Shown piece after piece: positions 9,990 to 18,892 of a stretch of DNA of 64,000 nucleotides. A program made the position numbers and the translations under genes. The stretch comes from Desulfobacterales bacterium (lineage in GTDB: Bacteria; Desulfobacterota; Desulfobacteria; Desulfobacterales; UBA5616). Under the pieces are notes generated by a model, which saw only the letters and a list, made by a program, of their open reading frames with translations, searched no databases and was not told where the DNA came from. Where the stretch lies: contig JAWODC010000036.1 of NCBI GenBank assembly GCA_046483495.1, forward strand, positions 47,260 to 111,259, written 5' to 3'. Every line of letters begins with the position of its first letter. Positions within the stretch are counted from its first letter, which is position 1.

Positions 9990-10748
9990 ATGAGACTGGA
10001 ACATAAAACAGCAATTGTAACCGGCGCCGGCCGCGGAATCGGCCGCGCCGTGGCCATGCGGCTTGCCGAAGAAGGCGCCGGCGTCATCGTGTGCGATATC
10101 GAGAAAAGCTTCGCCGAAAGCGTTGTACGGCGGATTGAAGAAGAAGGCGGCCGGGCCGTTCCAAGCTCTCTGGATGTCACTGACGAAGACCGGGTGGACA
10201 TGGTGTTCGAGGCGGTCGCCGAAGAATACGGCGAAATTCACATTCTGGTAAACAATGCCGGAACCCGCAAGGACGTCCCGTTCCACAACCTTACCGAAGA
10301 TCAGTGGGATATGGCAATGTCGGTTCAGACAAAGGGGACTTTCAACTGCACCCGGGCTGTTCAGAAGTACATGGTGCGGCAGAAGTACGGAAAAATCGTC
10401 AACATTTCAGCACCCGTGCCGGCCGGTCCTGAAACAACCGGGCAGACCGCCTATGCCGCTGCAAGCGCCGCCATTTGGGGATTCACCAAAGCGCTGGCCC
10501 TTGAACTGGGCCGTTACAACATTAACGTCAACTGCGTGGCTCCGGATTTTATCGACACACTGATGACGCGGGAACTTGCCAAGCGGAAGGGGATGTATCT
10601 TTCCGACGTAGAGAAATTTACCATTGCCAAGGTTCCCCTGCGCCGAATGGGCACCCCGGACGATGTCGCCAATGTCGTGGTGTTTTTGGTTTCGGATGAA
10701 GCGGGCTTTGTTTCCGGACAGATAGTCGATGTCAAGGGTGGCCCGTAA
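9990..10748 (+). CDS. FabG-like short-chain dehydrogenase/reductase with atypical active site
   Basis: TGAGRGIG, NNAG, VNCVAP; active-site motif reads YAAAS instead of YxxxK. Confidence 0.88.
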   Translation: MRLEHKTAIVTGAGRGIGRAVAMRLAEEGAGVIVCDIEKSFAESVVRRIEEEGGRAVPSSLDVTDEDRVDMVFEAVAEEYGEIHILVNNAGTRKDVPFHNLTEDQWDMAMSVQTKGTFNCTRAVQKYMVRQKYGKIVNISAPVPAGPETTGQTAYAAASAAIWGFTKALALELGRYNINVNCVAPDFIDTLMTRELAKRKGMYLSDVEKFTIAKVPLRRMGTPDDVANVVVFLVSDEAGFVSGQIVDVKGGP

Positions 10749-10759
10749 GGGATGTTAAC

Positions 10760-11443
10760 ATGCATTTTATGCCGGAGGACGAGGGTTACGAAGAGAAGCT
10801 GTGGCCGGACGGCTACAAAGCCGTTATTCGAAACCGGCTTCGGGAAGGCATCGCTGAACATCTGAAAGCCGATTCCACCCTTGAACATGTCTACAGGCTG
10901 CAGTATGCAGATCGGTTCTTAGAGGTGGGTCGATTTGTGGAAAAAATTATCGATATGCTGGTGGTCGGTGCCGAAAAAGGAGGCGATCAGGCTTTCGACG
11001 ATATCGTTAATGCTTTTCTGTATGAACTTCCCCTGCCGGAACCGCGGGAGTATACCCGCTATCTGCTGCTTTCGAAAATTCCGGAACCGGCTGGACGGCA
11101 GTTGAAGCAAATCGTGATGGATGAATACCGTGAAGACGAGGTGTTCATTCACGCCTACAGAGTCGGCTATTGGGATCTCTACACAGATTTCGAACACTTC
11201 CTTGATGCTGCAGCCGAATTGGCCGAGGTCGGAGTGTTAAACGGCATTGACGATATGTTGTCCGCCGTATATCAGGCATTTGCCGCCCGCGGTCCGCTGC
11301 CGCCGGCCCGCCGGAACCCGAAACGGGTCAAGAACTGGTTTGTGCCCAAGGGAAGCAAAGTGCGGGATGTCCCCTTATCCCGTCGTGCAAAACAGAAGAA
11401 AAGAAGGGAGAGCAATAATGCAAAAAATAGCCGTTTGCGGTAA
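10760..11443 (+). CDS. Hypothetical protein with internal two-fold repeat
   Basis: 227-aa ORF tightly packed between the SDR and cooC; two ~74-aa repeats are visible. Confidence 0.75.
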   Translation: MHFMPEDEGYEEKLWPDGYKAVIRNRLREGIAEHLKADSTLEHVYRLQYADRFLEVGRFVEKIIDMLVVGAEKGGDQAFDDIVNAFLYELPLPEPREYTRYLLLSKIPEPAGRQLKQIVMDEYREDEVFIHAYRVGYWDLYTDFEHFLDAAAELAEVGVLNGIDDMLSAVYQAFAARGPLPPARRNPKRVKNWFVPKGSKVRDVPLSRRAKQKKRRESNNAKNSRLR

Positions 11444-12203
11444 GGGCGGATGCGGCAAAAGCGTGGTAACCCGACTGCTCGCCGATGGACTTTACACCCG
11501 GGGGCACCGTGTTCTTGTGGTGGATGCCGATGAATCGAATACGGGACTTCCGCGAATGCTCGGTTTCGAGCACGCGCCCAAACCACTCCTCGATTTTTTT
11601 GGAGGAAAAGAAAAAGTAGAGTCGGAATTGTCTGCATTGATATCGGCAGGCGCTTCCGAGGAGTCGATACAACTTTTAAAAAGCGGCATTTCCACTTCCC
11701 AAATACCGCCGGAATTCATCGTGGAAAAAAACGGCATCCGTTTGGTGGAAGTGGGAAAAATTCTCATGTCGCTGGAAGGCTGCGGCTGCCCCATGGGAAT
11801 CGTCAGCCGATCCTTTCTGAACATGCTTCAGCTCGAACCGGACGAAACGGCCCTGGTGGATCTGGAGGCCGGTGTGGAACACTTCGGTCGGGGTGTGGAG
11901 ACCGGCGTCGACTGCGTTATCGTGGTGGTCGACCCCTCGATCGATTCGGTGCAGCTGGCCGAACGCATCAGCGAAATGTCCGAACAGATACACATTGCCG
12001 ATGTGTGGGTGGTGCTGAACAAAATTGCATCCTCACATGTCGCGGACCGCCTGAACCGCCGCCTTTCCGAAAGCGGCATCAAGGTCATCGGCACCATTCC
12101 CATGAATGACGAAATTTTCGAGTCCTGCCTGGACGGACGGCCGATTCAGGGGAGAGTTGCCGGAAAGGAAGTGGATCGGATTCTCGATTACCTGTTTCCA
12201 TGA
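11418..12203 (+). CDS. cooC: CooC-type nickel-insertion ATPase
   Basis: KIAVCGKGGCGKS, VDADESN, GCGCPM (CxC), DLEAGVEHFGRG; GGGAG RBS before ATG 11418. Confidence 0.88.
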   Translation: MQKIAVCGKGGCGKSVVTRLLADGLYTRGHRVLVVDADESNTGLPRMLGFEHAPKPLLDFFGGKEKVESELSALISAGASEESIQLLKSGISTSQIPPEFIVEKNGIRLVEVGKILMSLEGCGCPMGIVSRSFLNMLQLEPDETALVDLEAGVEHFGRGVETGVDCVIVVVDPSIDSVQLAERISEMSEQIHIADVWVVLNKIASSHVADRLNRRLSESGIKVIGTIPMNDEIFESCLDGRPIQGRVAGKEVDRILDYLFP

Positions 12204-12209
12204 CAAAAA

Positions 12210-13751
12210 CTACCTGCCGACACTCGGGAACAAAGACGTATCGGTGTGAGGCAGAAATTTTGCGGCTGAGAACCTGTTCATAAACGCCTGGTTGACGTTC
12301 AGCTCCAGATAGGTGATGCGGTTTCGTATTTCGTCGATCTCATCCATACATGCGCAATGGGCAAGCAGCATCGCGGCGCCGTTGAGGGAGCTGTTGCCGA
12401 GGGGCTGGAAACACCGCAGCGGAATATCCGGCAGCATTCCGATGGATACGGCCGATTGTGGATTGATAAATGATCCGAAAGTGCCGGCCACATAAAACTT
12501 GCGAATATCGTTGAGCTCAATTCCTACGGATTGCGTGATCGTCTCGAGAATGGTGTACATGGCGGCCTTGGAGCGAACCAGGCTGTCGATATCCGCCTGG
12601 CTGATGGTCAGATCCTTTCCGGTTGCCGAATGTTTTGCGAAAACCACCTTCAGGTGCATCAAACCATCCTTTTCAAAGCAGCGCTCGCCGCAAACGGACG
12701 GTACAATCCGCCCTCTGAAATCGATCATCCCGGTCAGAAAAAGCTGGGCCGCCAGGTCGATGACACCGGAACCGCAAATACCCACCGGCGGTGTTTCACC
12801 GATGGTATGGAGTTTGAAATCATGCGTCTTGGGATCTATTTCAACACGGTCGATGACCCCCCGGGCGGCCATCATCCCCATTCGGGTCACACCGCCTTCA
12901 AGCGCCGGACCGGCCGCACCGGCGCAAGCGATAAGCCAGTCTCGGTTTCCGACCACCACCTCCGCATTTGTTCCCACATCCACCAGAATACCGGTTTCTT
13001 CTTCACCATGCAGGCCGGCATACAAAATTCCCGCAATGAGGTCTCCGCCGAAGTAGCTCCCCACGTTGGGGAAAATAAAGGCGCGCGCCGCAGGATGGAG
13101 ATCCAGGCCTAAATCGGAAGCAGCCGTAACACCCGGACGGTTGACCGCCGGGATATAGGGTTCCCGTATCATCCATCGAGCATCCAGCCCCATGAACAGG
13201 TGAGTCATGGCGGTATTGCCGGCGACCGCCACAAGGTAAATGTCTTGAGATGAAACTCCCTGCCCTCGACACAAGGCACCGATCTGCTCATTCAGGCCGG
13301 AAATGATCAGGTGTGTAAGGTGATTCAACCCCTTCGTGTTTTGAGCAAAATGAATTCTCGCCAGAATGTCGGGGGCGACGGCGATCTGGGGGTTGTCGAA
13401 AGCGGCCTCACCGCACGGTTCGCCGCTTGCAAGATCGATCAGCCGCAAAACGACACGACTGGTCCCTAAGTCCACTGCGATGCCTAAAAGATGGCCGTTA
13501 AAATCGTAGGGAGCCAGATCGATGAGTTGCCAGACACTGTCGTTTTTAAACAGAATGCATGTCGCCTTGTAGTCGTATTCTCGAATCAGAACGGGTATCC
13601 GCCTGATGAGGGCAATATCCGAATATACCTCTGTGGATCGTAACGCCGACTTCAAGGCGCCGATCAACCGGTCCGTGTCCGCTGTATTATCCTGCAGGGT
13701 CGGCGGGCTGAGTTGTACCCGTAAAATCCACCTGTTGGTCTCCGCCGTCAT
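12210..13751 (-). CDS. ASKHA-domain reductive activator of corrinoid proteins (RACo/RamA/AcsV, DUF4445-like), lacking the N-terminal 2Fe-2S domain
   Basis: AVDLGTS, AGNTAMTHLF, YFGGDLIAG, DVGTNAEVV, AGAAGPALEG, GICGSG, AGTFG, LGNSSLNGA. Confidence 0.88.
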   Translation of the reverse strand: MTAETNRWILRVQLSPPTLQDNTADTDRLIGALKSALRSTEVYSDIALIRRIPVLIREYDYKATCILFKNDSVWQLIDLAPYDFNGHLLGIAVDLGTSRVVLRLIDLASGEPCGEAAFDNPQIAVAPDILARIHFAQNTKGLNHLTHLIISGLNEQIGALCRGQGVSSQDIYLVAVAGNTAMTHLFMGLDARWMIREPYIPAVNRPGVTAASDLGLDLHPAARAFIFPNVGSYFGGDLIAGILYAGLHGEEETGILVDVGTNAEVVVGNRDWLIACAGAAGPALEGGVTRMGMMAARGVIDRVEIDPKTHDFKLHTIGETPPVGICGSGVIDLAAQLFLTGMIDFRGRIVPSVCGERCFEKDGLMHLKVVFAKHSATGKDLTISQADIDSLVRSKAAMYTILETITQSVGIELNDIRKFYVAGTFGSFINPQSAVSIGMLPDIPLRCFQPLGNSSLNGAAMLLAHCACMDEIDEIRNRITYLELNVNQAFMNRFSAAKFLPHTDTSLFPSVGR

Positions 13752-13773
13752 TACCTACCATCCATTCCAACGT

Positions 13774-14613
13774 TTAAAGCTCGAAAATCATATCGGCGGC
13801 TGTTGAGAAGCATTCGAGGGTTTTGTTTCGCTTCGAAATTATCCGGTTGCATTCACAAACAATTTCATCCACTTCAATATCCGATCGGTCCTGACTGATA
13901 TGAAATAAGCCCAATCTGCCGACATTCGAATCGATCGCCAGATCGACGGCCTGCCGGTAGGATGAATGGCCCCACTCGATAAATGATGTGTATTCTTCAG
14001 GGGTATATTCAGCGTCATGCATCAGAAGGTCCGCATCTTCTGAAAAGGCCAGATAGTCCTCATAATGAAGCCCGTTCGGATGGACAAACCCCAGTTCATT
14101 ATCCGTCAGAAATACAAACACAGCGCCGTCCTCGATAAATTTGTAGCCGTTGCCGCCATTGGGATGGCTCAACGGAATCGGTTCTATGGTGATGGACCCG
14201 ATATTGAAAGCATCCGGACATCCTTTTTCATACACAATGGATGCGCTGATATCACCATATTTTACCGGAAAATTGGGAGGGGAAAGAACCTTTGAAATCA
14301 TCTTTTCAACGTACTGCCCCTGAAACGGGCAGCGGTAAACCTTTATTTCAGTTTTTTTCAAGTAAATGGGTTTAAAAAAGGGGAATCCCATGAGGTGATC
14401 CCAATGGGCGTGGGTAAAAATGAGATGAAAATTATACCGCTCTTCTTCCATGAGATGGTTGCCAAGCCTTCGTATCCCGGTGCCCGCGTCGACGATGATA
14501 ATGTCATCGTTTTTGGTCCGAATTTCCAGACAGGTCGTATCGCCGCCGTAATTAATGTATTCTTTTCCGGATACGGGTATGGAGCCCCTTGATCCCCAAC
14601 ATTTTATATACAT
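13774..14613 (-). CDS. Metallo-beta-lactamase-fold hydrolase
   Basis: WGSRGS, GGDTTC, DAGTG, THAHWDH, TDNE, WGHS. Confidence 0.88.
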   Translation of the reverse strand: MYIKCWGSRGSIPVSGKEYINYGGDTTCLEIRTKNDDIIIVDAGTGIRRLGNHLMEEERYNFHLIFTHAHWDHLMGFPFFKPIYLKKTEIKVYRCPFQGQYVEKMISKVLSPPNFPVKYGDISASIVYEKGCPDAFNIGSITIEPIPLSHPNGGNGYKFIEDGAVFVFLTDNELGFVHPNGLHYEDYLAFSEDADLLMHDAEYTPEEYTSFIEWGHSSYRQAVDLAIDSNVGRLGLFHISQDRSDIEVDEIVCECNRIISKRNKTLECFSTAADMIFEL

Positions 14614-14703
14614 GTAAGGCCCTTTCGGAAGGGAAGACTTTTCGCCGCACCGCCGAAGCGACGAGGAAGAAAACTTACAGTGCGAATGGATGAAAGAACT
14701 CTA

Positions 14704-14849
14704 ATGTGTCCATCCGGAAATGAGAAAATTCGCTTCAGTTCAAGGCGGCCGGCCAATTTTAACCGCAGGAACAGCTGAGTATTTTGAGGATTGAAATTTT
14801 CCGGCTAACGAAGAAATGAAGAGAATCAGCCATTTCTGAATGGACTCTA
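14704..14849. mobile_element. MITE/ERIC-like palindromic element, family A copy 1
   Basis: Terminal inverted repeats GTGTCCATCCGGAAAT...ATTTCTGAATGGACTC; its reverse complement aligns over the full length with 34598-34743. Confidence 0.8.
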
Positions 14850-15692
14850 GTGTGTTTCCCCTAAGAATGTAAACCAAACCCCGTTTTGATCCCATATTTT
14901 CGCAATGTCAGCCCTGTTTTCGATCAATCGGTGCCTGATTGCATTTGCTTCGCTTTTAAGCAATCCGGAAAGCAAAAAGCGTTTTTTTTTATAAAACCCG
15001 TCGGTCTCTACCATTTTTCTCATCATATCATAATGGATGTTGGCTATCATAAAATCCACCGGATAGTCCACAAAATTTTGGGCAGAACCCTGGATCGGGA
15101 GCATTTTTTCGGACATTCCATTTAGATGTATATTTTTTTGGGCTGTTTTTACCGAAAGCGGATTGATGTCGACCGCAAGCGTAAGCGCTGCTCCCAAGCG
15201 GGCTGCGGCCAATGCCAATATGCCTGTTCCGGTACCGATATCCAATACGGTTTCCGGCACTCGAGATGAAAATGCCATGTGAATAGCATCGAGGCAATCT
15301 CGGGTAGTCGGGTGAAGACCGTTACCAAATACGACTCCGGGATCGATTAGAATTGAATGCAAATGATCGCCGCCTGCCTTTTCACATCTGCTCCAGGGCG
15401 GCGATATCATAAAATCGGACACCTGCATCGGTGCAATTTCTCCGCCATGCCACTCTTCATATGACAATTGGAACGTGTCCAGCAATTTCAGCTGCCGGTT
15501 GCGCTTCAGCAGCCCGCCCACCTCGTCTTCGGCGGGTTTGGCAAAGAACAAAAACGAATAGCCGTCTTCTTCCCAGTTGCCGATGAATGCTTTCGAACGA
15601 AAGCGGTACCCGGGATGGAGGCATCCTTCGAGGTAATAGATATGAAGATCTTCGTACGGTGGGTTTGACATAGACGCCGTAGTCATGAGCAC
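14847..15692 (-). CDS. PrmA-like SAM-dependent protein methyltransferase
   Basis: IDPGVVFGNGLHPTT, VLDIGTGTGILA, ANI, LSG; the N-terminus differs from canonical PrmA and the start is uncertain. Confidence 0.8.
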   Translation of the reverse strand: MLMTTASMSNPPYEDLHIYYLEGCLHPGYRFRSKAFIGNWEEDGYSFLFFAKPAEDEVGGLLKRNRQLKLLDTFQLSYEEWHGGEIAPMQVSDFMISPPWSRCEKAGGDHLHSILIDPGVVFGNGLHPTTRDCLDAIHMAFSSRVPETVLDIGTGTGILALAAARLGAALTLAVDINPLSVKTAQKNIHLNGMSEKMLPIQGSAQNFVDYPVDFMIANIHYDMMRKMVETDGFYKKKRFLLSGLLKSEANAIRHRLIENRADIAKIWDQNGVWFTFLGETH

Positions 15693-15693
15693 T

Positions 15694-16386
15694 TCACTGC
15701 TCCGAAATGTCAGAGCCGGGAAGGTTATCGATATACCACTGAAGCGGATCGATCAATTCAAACCCCTCGGCCTTCAATTTTTCTTTTACCGGATTGACGT
15801 TCATGGCCAATAAGTACGGAAAAACCGCCCGCTTTCCGGATTCCCAGTATTTAACTGTTAATACACTTCCCATGGAAATGTTTTCCTCAACAATGATGTC
15901 GACGATTTTTTTCAGCTCTCCGACCTTGTCTTCAACCACGACACCCAAAAGCGTTCCGGGCTGCCCTATCCCCATAACATTGATAAAGGACCGCAACAGA
16001 TCCCGGATGGAAATAATGCCTTTGAGTGTATTGTTTTCACCCACCACCGGCAGGGCACCGATCCGCTCCTTCTGAATCAGCAGCATGGCATCCTGAATGG
16101 TGTATGTCGGCGAGATGCACATGGGATCCCGGGTCATAATATCCCTGATTCTGAGTTCGGCAATCGCGTCTTTTTCATTTGGCGTGCATTCGAGGTTTTT
16201 AAAAAGGCCGGGCGGCATGGCGCTTCTGATGTCACGATCCGTCACAATGCCGATCAGACGGCCGTCTTCGTCAACGACAGGCAAGTGCCTGATCTTGTTT
16301 TTTGCCATTTTCTCCTGAGCCTCGAAAATATCCGCATCAGGGCTGATGACAATTACTTTCCGGGTCATGGATTTACTGACGAACAT
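15694..16386 (-). CDS. CBS-pair + ACT domain protein (AcuB-like)
   Basis: IRHLPVVD..GIVTDRD, IGALPVV..GIISIRD, C-terminal EDKVGEL ACT-like segment. Confidence 0.87.
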   Translation of the reverse strand: MFVSKSMTRKVIVISPDADIFEAQEKMAKNKIRHLPVVDEDGRLIGIVTDRDIRSAMPPGLFKNLECTPNEKDAIAELRIRDIMTRDPMCISPTYTIQDAMLLIQKERIGALPVVGENNTLKGIISIRDLLRSFINVMGIGQPGTLLGVVVEDKVGELKKIVDIIVEENISMGSVLTVKYWESGKRAVFPYLLAMNVNPVKEKLKAEGFELIDPLQWYIDNLPGSDISEQ

Positions 16387-16425
16387 AGCGTTTTCCTCTC
16401 TTCCGAGCCGGAAATCCGGCGAAGG

Positions 16426-17400
16426 TCAATCAAACTCTATCATAGACAGGGGTTCATCCATTAGAATTTCCAAATGGTTGACCACCAGTTCGGGAAGCCT
16501 CTTCAATGAGTATCCGCCTTCCAGTACGGATATGATTTTTCCGTTTGTGAATGTCCCGGCCAGTGCCGTAATTTTCTGCATCATCCAGGCAAATCCGCTC
16601 GTGGATAACTTGATGCCGGACATGGCGTCATCGAAGTGGCCGTCGAAACCCGTCGATACCAGGATCACCTGGGGCCGAAAACATTCGAATGTCGGGATGA
16701 GGTCTTTTTCAAAAATCCGCTTATAGGTTTCATCCCCGTCACCCGGCAGAACCGGATAATTTTTGGTAAAGCCGGTTCCCGGTCCGATGCCTCTTTCAAA
16801 TATACGACCCGTACCGGGGAATGCAAAAGATGGGTGCTCATGAATGGAATAGTAAAAAACACCGGATTCCGCCTCAAATATGTGTTGTGTGCCGTTGCCG
16901 TGATGCACGTCGAAATCGATGATGCCGATCCGGTCAACGGCGAATTCACTCATCATGTATTTAACCGCTATGGCGACGTTTGCAAAAAAACAAAAACCCA
17001 TGGCCTTGTCGGGTTCTGCATGGTGACCCGGCGGTCGTACAGCGCAAAATGCATTTTCGATATCACCGTTCATGACCAATCGGGCGGTCTTCAGAATACC
17101 GCCGACCGCCAACCGTGCGGTATCGAAGGTTTCCGGGCACATCCGATTATCCGGATAATCGAGCATATCCGCTTTTGACCGACAAAGCTGTTCGAATCGT
17201 TTGATGTACGTTTTTTCATGAACCGCCTCGATCCATTTCATTTCGGGAAATTCGGCGGTAATCGGGATAAGCTTCGTCATCAGACCGGATTTTTCTACAG
17301 CCCCCTTAATCACTCGAAGCCTGTCAGGATTTTCCGGGTGATAGGTACCGGTAGAATGGTTCAAGTATCGATCATCATACAAAAAACCCGTTTTTCTCAT
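16426..17400 (-). CDS. Histone-deacetylase-family lysine deacetylase (AcuC-like)
   Basis: HPENPDR, RPPGHHA, GFCFF, DFDVHHGNGTQ, GFDGH, LEGGY. Confidence 0.93.
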   Translation of the reverse strand: MRKTGFLYDDRYLNHSTGTYHPENPDRLRVIKGAVEKSGLMTKLIPITAEFPEMKWIEAVHEKTYIKRFEQLCRSKADMLDYPDNRMCPETFDTARLAVGGILKTARLVMNGDIENAFCAVRPPGHHAEPDKAMGFCFFANVAIAVKYMMSEFAVDRIGIIDFDVHHGNGTQHIFEAESGVFYYSIHEHPSFAFPGTGRIFERGIGPGTGFTKNYPVLPGDGDETYKRIFEKDLIPTFECFRPQVILVSTGFDGHFDDAMSGIKLSTSGFAWMMQKITALAGTFTNGKIISVLEGGYSLKRLPELVVNHLEILMDEPLSMIEFD

Positions 17401-17484
17401 AACCCCGTCTTTTTCCGACCGGTGCCTGCCACCGAAAAATCCTTTCTTCGATAATCGAATGCGCCGGTGACGGCACCGTTTGTT

Positions 17485-18237
17485 TTACGTTTCCAAAATT
17501 TTGTCGAAGATAGCATATGCCGCCCGCACCGCTGCATTTTCCTCGGGGATCTCGATTGTGGGACGACCGTCAAAATCAAATGCATACACCGTTTCGTCAT
17601 CCGGAATAGTCCCTGCAATTTCGAGCCCTTCTTCTTTGACCGCAGAAAGCGCTTTTTCCGGCAGCGGCTCTTTTACCCGGTTGATCACCAAGAAGCTCTT
17701 GGATACGCCGATGTTAAGATTTTTTGCCAACTGATAAATTCGAATCGCGGATTCTATACCCCGCCTGGAGGTGTCGGATACAATCAGCAGCACATCGACG
17801 TTCTTGGTTGTTAAACGGCTGATATGCTCCATGCCCGCTTCGTTATCCATAACGATGTAATCATAGTTTCCCGTCAGCTTTTCAAGAAACTGGGTCAAAA
17901 GCGTATTGGCGGCGCAATAACATCCCGCTCCCTCCGGTTGTCCCATGACAATCAGGTCGTAGCCGTCGGCCTCCGCCACGGCTTCCTCCATACGCATGGA
18001 AATAAAAATATCCTTGGTCATCCCGGACGGTACCATCCCTTTTTTCATATCTTCACGGGCACCGCCAAGTGTATCCGTAACCTGCAATCCGAGGACTTCG
18101 TTTAGATTGGCGTTGGAATCCGCATCAACCGCAAGTATCGGGCCCTTGTTCTTTTTCTCCAAATACTTTATCAGCAATCCGGCAATCGTGGTTTTGCCGG
18201 TTCCGCCTTTTCCTGCAAGTGCTATCTCATATGGCAT
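17485..18237 (-). CDS. cooC: CooC/AcsF-type nickel-insertion ATPase
   Basis: IALAGKGGTGKTT, DADSNANL, GCYCAAN, DNEAGMEHISR. Confidence 0.9.
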   Translation of the reverse strand: MPYEIALAGKGGTGKTTIAGLLIKYLEKKNKGPILAVDADSNANLNEVLGLQVTDTLGGAREDMKKGMVPSGMTKDIFISMRMEEAVAEADGYDLIVMGQPEGAGCYCAANTLLTQFLEKLTGNYDYIVMDNEAGMEHISRLTTKNVDVLLIVSDTSRRGIESAIRIYQLAKNLNIGVSKSFLVINRVKEPLPEKALSAVKEEGLEIAGTIPDDETVYAFDFDGRPTIEIPEENAAVRAAYAIFDKILET

Positions 18238-18565
18238 AGGTTGTACATTTCCTTTCATTGTATGACAAGCTGTCTCATAATCTGTATTTCCAATCGTTAT
18301 TCGAGGCCACTCGGCCGTTTAAATTTCCCGGATGCTCATCTGATATGAAAAAACAAATAATTATGCAAGCTTAAACCGATAGTCAAGTAAAGTTTTACAT
18401 GCCCTGTAAGGCCGAAACGACGTTGCCGCATGAATCCGCCTATTTCCTTGCAATATCTATATCCGGATGATAATACAATAAAAACTGCCAAAAAGCAGGT
18501 TAGTGCGCCCCCAACCCATTTGACCATAATATAAACCCTATTTATGGCGTTAAGGAGAGATTACC

Positions 18566-18880
18566 ATGCTGGAAACCGTAAAAAAAACCGTTTTGGCCGG
18601 CATCGGATTGGCCCTTAAAACAAAAGATGAAGTGGAAGAATATGCAAAGGAAATGGAAAAAAAATTGAACATGACGGAGAAGGACGGCAAAAAATTTTTA
18701 AAGGATATTCAAGCCCGTTGGGAGGAAGCCCAAAAGAAACTCGAAGAGCGCGTGGAAAAAACCGTTAAAGATATGTTGAAAAAAGCTGATGTTGTTACCA
18801 CAGAGGAGCTCAAAGGGCTTAAAAAGGAGATTCGAGACTTAAAAAAAGCCGTTTCCGATATCAGTGAATCACATAAATAA
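18566..18880 (+). CDS. Phasin-family / coiled-coil small protein
   Basis: AAGGAG RBS; KKTVLAGIGLA N-terminus and Lys/Glu-rich amphipathic helices; directly upstream of a UbiB kinase. Confidence 0.75.
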   Translation: MLETVKKTVLAGIGLALKTKDEVEEYAKEMEKKLNMTEKDGKKFLKDIQARWEEAQKKLEERVEKTVKDMLKKADVVTTEELKGLKKEIRDLKKAVSDISESHK

Positions 18881-18892
18881 TGTCTGTTTAGA

